DNA from: Octopus vulgaris
Lineage: Eukaryota
Length of the DNA: 64,000 bases
Reading direction: 5' to 3'
Assembly (NCBI GenBank): GCA_951406725.2
Contig: OX597816.1
Location: forward strand, 10,540,001 to 10,604,000
The notes beneath the pieces are model-generated. The model saw nothing but the letters and a program-made list of their open reading frames with translations, was not told where the DNA came from and did not search any database. The translations under genes were made by a program, and so were the position numbers. This document shows positions 59,960 through 64,000 of this stretch, piece by piece (positions within the stretch are counted from its first letter, which is position 1; each line of letters starts with the position of its first letter).

Positions 59960-61900
59960 GCTGCCAACCATCCCTAAACTCTCATTTATCTCCAAATGTA
60001 GCTGAGTCGACAAAGACAACTGTGGAATATATTCAACTTGGAAATATCTTGAAAGCACAGCCTGTAGAAAACTTTTCCACTTTTTCGAAAATATCATTGA
60101 GTGACAGGCCATTCCTGACAAGATTAAGAAAAATCCAGCTTCTCTGATGTTACAAGTTATCAATGGTGTCAGTGGAGAGCCCATGGAATCATGTGGCATT
60201 TTATTTCTGGAATATTGATATCCTCATATACACAGTTGCTATCACTCATAAAGAACACTTAAGAGAAATGTGCAATGTGCACAGTAATAAAATTACCAAA
60301 CAGAACCAGCATAGAGAGAAAACAAAACTTTAAAAAACGTTAATAATCCGTGCTGCCATATTAGATGGTCAACCATCATAATCATCATCGTTTATCATCC
60401 GCTTTCCATGCTGGCATGGGTTGGACAGTTTGACTGAGGGCTGGCAAGCCAGAAGGCTGCACTAGGCTCCAATCCTATCTGGCAAAGTTTCTACAGCTGT
60501 GTGCCCTTCCTAACGCCAACCACTCTGAAAATGTAGTGGGTGCTTTTTACATGCCACTGACACAGGAGCCAGTCAGGCGGCACTGGCATCAACTACACTT
60601 GAATGGTGCTTTTTACATGCCACTGGCATGGGAGCCAGTCAGGGGGTACTGGCAACAACCACGCTCGAATGGCGCTTTTTACTGTGATAATTAAATCTAA
60701 GAGGAATAAAGTGTTTACACCTCACCAGGTACATCTTACACATAGATTAATAAAACTATAGTGACTCTTCACAGTAATCCCAAGGAAAGCTAATTACTCT
60801 AAAGCATGGCCTCAGGATGTTGAGCAAAAAACTCCTCTAATGTAGGCGCAGTTTTGAAAGAGCCTGCATAAATCACAAGTTCTAATCTACATATGTTATC
60901 CAGAGAAGTGAGGAAGAGACCTAATAGTTATGTATTGGTACAAGAGGGTGACATTTTACAGGAAGTCATTAAAACGTATATTCAAAGGAACGATGGAAGG
61001 TCAGATTGATATGACCAGTTGGTTAGGTGTAGTACGGTCAATACTTGTTGCAAAGAATGAAACCACCGGGCTGGATGAAAAACTTAGGCCCATTGTTTAC
61101 CTAAATATTGTATACAAGCTACACAAGATGTCTTAGCCGATTCTTTCAAGATCATTGCGAGTCCAGCAGCATGGTAAATGATAAGTAGGCAGGTGGGAAG
61201 AAGGGACTGTGAGGATGTGATGAACAACTTTTTGTAAGTAAAGTAAGAAAAACACTGCAGAAGACTTATGATATTATGGCTTGATTATGGGAAACCATTT
61301 GACTCTATTCCCCACTGCTGGAGTGTTGCCATTTGGCAAAAATTCTTGCAACTGTTTTTAGTACTATTGAAGGTTCACAAAAACCTGGCAACAATTCTCT
61401 TGCTTAGAACTGAGAGCAGAATGATCATCTCCAATGTTGTAAATATTTCAAAGAGAATGTGCTTTTTTTTTTTTTTTGCAATTCTATTAATTTTGGCATT
61501 AAATCTGTTATCATTCCTGCTACAAAAATGAAGTAGTTACATGCTATGGTCTACAATGATTAGAAATATTAATGTAATCCATAAATTCTTTTTGGATGAC
61601 CCGAAGAATTATGCTAAAAATGATGACAATGCTAAAAAACATATGGAGTCAATAACAACATTTTCAGCTGATCTAAGAGAGGAATTTGACCAAAAGAAAT
61701 GTTCATATTTGATTGCTGAATGTGGAAAATTTGCTCCCTAGACCCAAAGCCTTTGCATCAATGGTCTTGCTATCTCTCCTGTCCACATAATGAAAGCAAC
61801 AAATATGTAGGCATTGATGAAAACATATCATAAGAAGGTGATAAGAATAAAGATAGAGTGACCTGAGAATATAATATACCAAATTCAGAAGAATATCTCT
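59960..61900 (+). pseudogene. Decayed R4/Dong reverse transcriptase, interrupted by an RTE UTR copy (60375-60685, -)
   Basis: LRPIVYLNIVYKL, WLDYGKPFDSIPHCW, HKFFLDDPKNYAKN..TFSADLREEFDQKKC correspond to R4 RT motifs (RPI.CL..YKL, WIDYKKAFDSVPH.W, HL.FMDDLKLYA..FS.DI.M.FG..KC); many stops and frameshifts. Confidence 0.85.
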
Positions 61901-62318
61901 ACAGATTTGTTGTAGAATTTAGAGCCAGTAACAGAAGTATACGAATACGTCTATGTAAGCAATGTTTTCGAAGATAGAAAAATAAGTAATCGGTGTATAT
62001 GCATATTTCAGGAGTTGTTGCTGTTTCATCAAGAGTCAATGTTCTAAATACTACAGAAAATTTGTAGAGATACACACAAAAACGAAAACAATGCACTGCT
62101 AACACAAGTAGGACACAATATTGACTTACAAACCTTTAATATATCTGACAGTATATTATGGTTTCAAAATGAAATATGGAGTCTCTATCAGCAATATGTA
62201 TGTACCAGTTTCTAGGAATGTATTCAATATGTGAAATTGGTCTATCCAATAATTTTACACTGCTAAACTTAGTTGCTATTTAAGCAATGTGTTTATGAGT
62301 GATTAATGGATTCGATGT

Positions 62319-62363
62319 GGTGCTGAAGAAGCAGCAATAACTCCTGAAACATGCATATACACC
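62319..62363 (+). ncRNA. Minimal type I hammerhead motif between ~150-bp direct repeats (Penelope-like)
   Basis: GGTG-CTGAAGA-AGCAG-CAATAA-CTCCT-GAAA-CATGCATA-TA-CACC; repeats at ~62040-62190 and ~62450-62600. Confidence 0.6.
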
Positions 62364-63084
62364 CTTGACTTATTTTCTATCTTCGATTGCGTTGTTTACA
62401 TAGATATATTCATATGCGAAAAGTCATAACTTTTCACTTTCAGTGCTGGCTCTAAATTCTATAGAAAATCTTTAGAGATTCACTTAGAAATGAAAAATAA
62501 TGCACTGCTAACACAGAGTAGAATGCAGTATTCACTTAAAAACCCTTTAATAGACTTGGTAATGCATAATAGTTACAAAACGAAATACAGTGTCTCTACC
62601 AACAATTAATATATAATGTGACCTCGTGTGTACTGTTGGCGATTTTTTTTACCTCTGTCTTCCCTTCTCTGGATCTTTCCTTCTCCTATGTTTCCTTCTC
62701 CTATGTTTCCTTCTCCTATGTTTCGAAACGTTAAACCCTCCTTCTTCCCTTCTTTCCTGAGCGTCCAATAATACTATATTTGTTCCACGTCCCCGCGTTG
62801 TGATTTTTTGTGTTTTCTTGTTTGGATTAACTATATATATATATATATATATACACGTGTGTGTGTGTGTGTGTGTGTACACACACACACAGACAGAGGA
62901 TGAGCTTTTTTAAAGGTTCCATCATAAGACTTTGGTCTGCCTGGGATTATAGTAGAAGACACCTAAGCTGGCATGGAGTGGGAAGGAACATGAAACCACG
63001 TGGGTGGGAGGCAGACTTTCTAGAAATGGACACAAACATAAAAACAAGCAAGCATGCATGTATGTATGTATAGATACCTAACAC

Positions 63085-63385
63085 TTGTACTCCGTCTGTT
63101 ATGATGATCAATGAAACAACCTGCTCGTGAAATTAACGTGCAAACGGCTGGGCACTTCACAGACGTATGTACCCTTAATATAGTTCTCAAAGAGATTCAG
63201 TATGACACAGGAAGTGACAAGGCCAGTCCTTTGAATTACCGGTACTACTCACTTTAGCTAATTAAGTGAACTGGAACAATGTAAAATAAAGAATCTTGCT
63301 CAAGGACACAAAGCACCACCAGGAATCGAACACAAGACCTTACGATCATGAGACGAATCCCCTAACCCACTAAGTCACGCGCCTT
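63085..63385 (-). mobile_element. SINE family D
   Basis: Homologous to 49215-49530. Confidence 0.8.
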
Positions 63386-64000
63386 CACTCTATATGCATA
63401 CATACACTGGAAAAAAGATATGCATTAAGTCTAGCAGATTCAGAAATGTACTGTGTAATGGTATTAGGATGAATATATTTACCGTAATGCATAGTGGAAC
63501 GCATTGAGAATGATTGGAAAATAAGTTCAATAATAGAGCTATGAGGTGGAAAGCAAGAAGAAATATTAGCAATGGTAGAATGAGTAATGTATTATATGGA
63601 GAGAAATAAAGCAAAAATAAGAAGAAACATAATTTTTGTTGTTTTCTTTCTTCATACAAATGAACAGATAATTGTATGTAGAATGGTAAATGGTAAATAA
63701 AAATGGTATCATTGCAGTACAGTAATGAACACAGAAACTAAAGTGAAAGGGAAAAAAAATGTATATCAAAATGCATGCATACATACGTACGTACGAACAT
63801 GTATATATGTGTAAAGGGATATGTGTTTGTGCATGCATAAGTATGTATATGTGTATATATATATATATGTATATATATGTATGTATGTATAACCATATAT
63901 AAAACCAACCAAACAACAATGAAAACTACAAAACCCAACCCAGTGAAAAACTTAACTTCCAGCTATAAAATATGCCAATTGCAACTCACAGAGAAATCCG

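Overview
AT-rich, repeat-saturated animal genomic DNA. The SINE/LINE repertoire and the long (TA/CA)n, (ATT)n and (GAT)n microsatellites point to a coleoid cephalopod, most likely Octopus; this is recognition from memory, not a database result. No host protein-coding exon can be supported with confidence, so the window looks intronic or intergenic. The only long ORF (24336-27116) is ORF2 (APE endonuclease + reverse transcriptase) of a 5'-truncated CR1-group LINE. It is uninterrupted but carries a catalytic Asp->Asn change. The rest is a mosaic of four tRNA-derived SINE families, about 20 truncated RTE 3' UTR copies, R4/Dong, Hero, CR1 and Penelope-like remnants, non-autonomous Helitrons/Helentron, and piggyBac-, Tc1/pogo- and hAT-type elements. 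The most interesting signal is RNA structure. Two sequence-divergent Hero-type retrotransposon 3' ends (32.4 kb +, 53.5 kb -) both fold, with compensatory changes, into the same interlocked, non-circularly permuted hammerhead ribozyme, and one has a second, differently permuted hammerhead-like motif right behind it. Also visible: seven minimal type I hammerheads, an RTE 3' UTR built from tandem hairpin+pseudoknot units, and a CR1 LINE/SINE pair sharing a covarying 3' stem-loop. Repeat boundaries were read by eye and are approximate unless a TSD or TIR is quoted.
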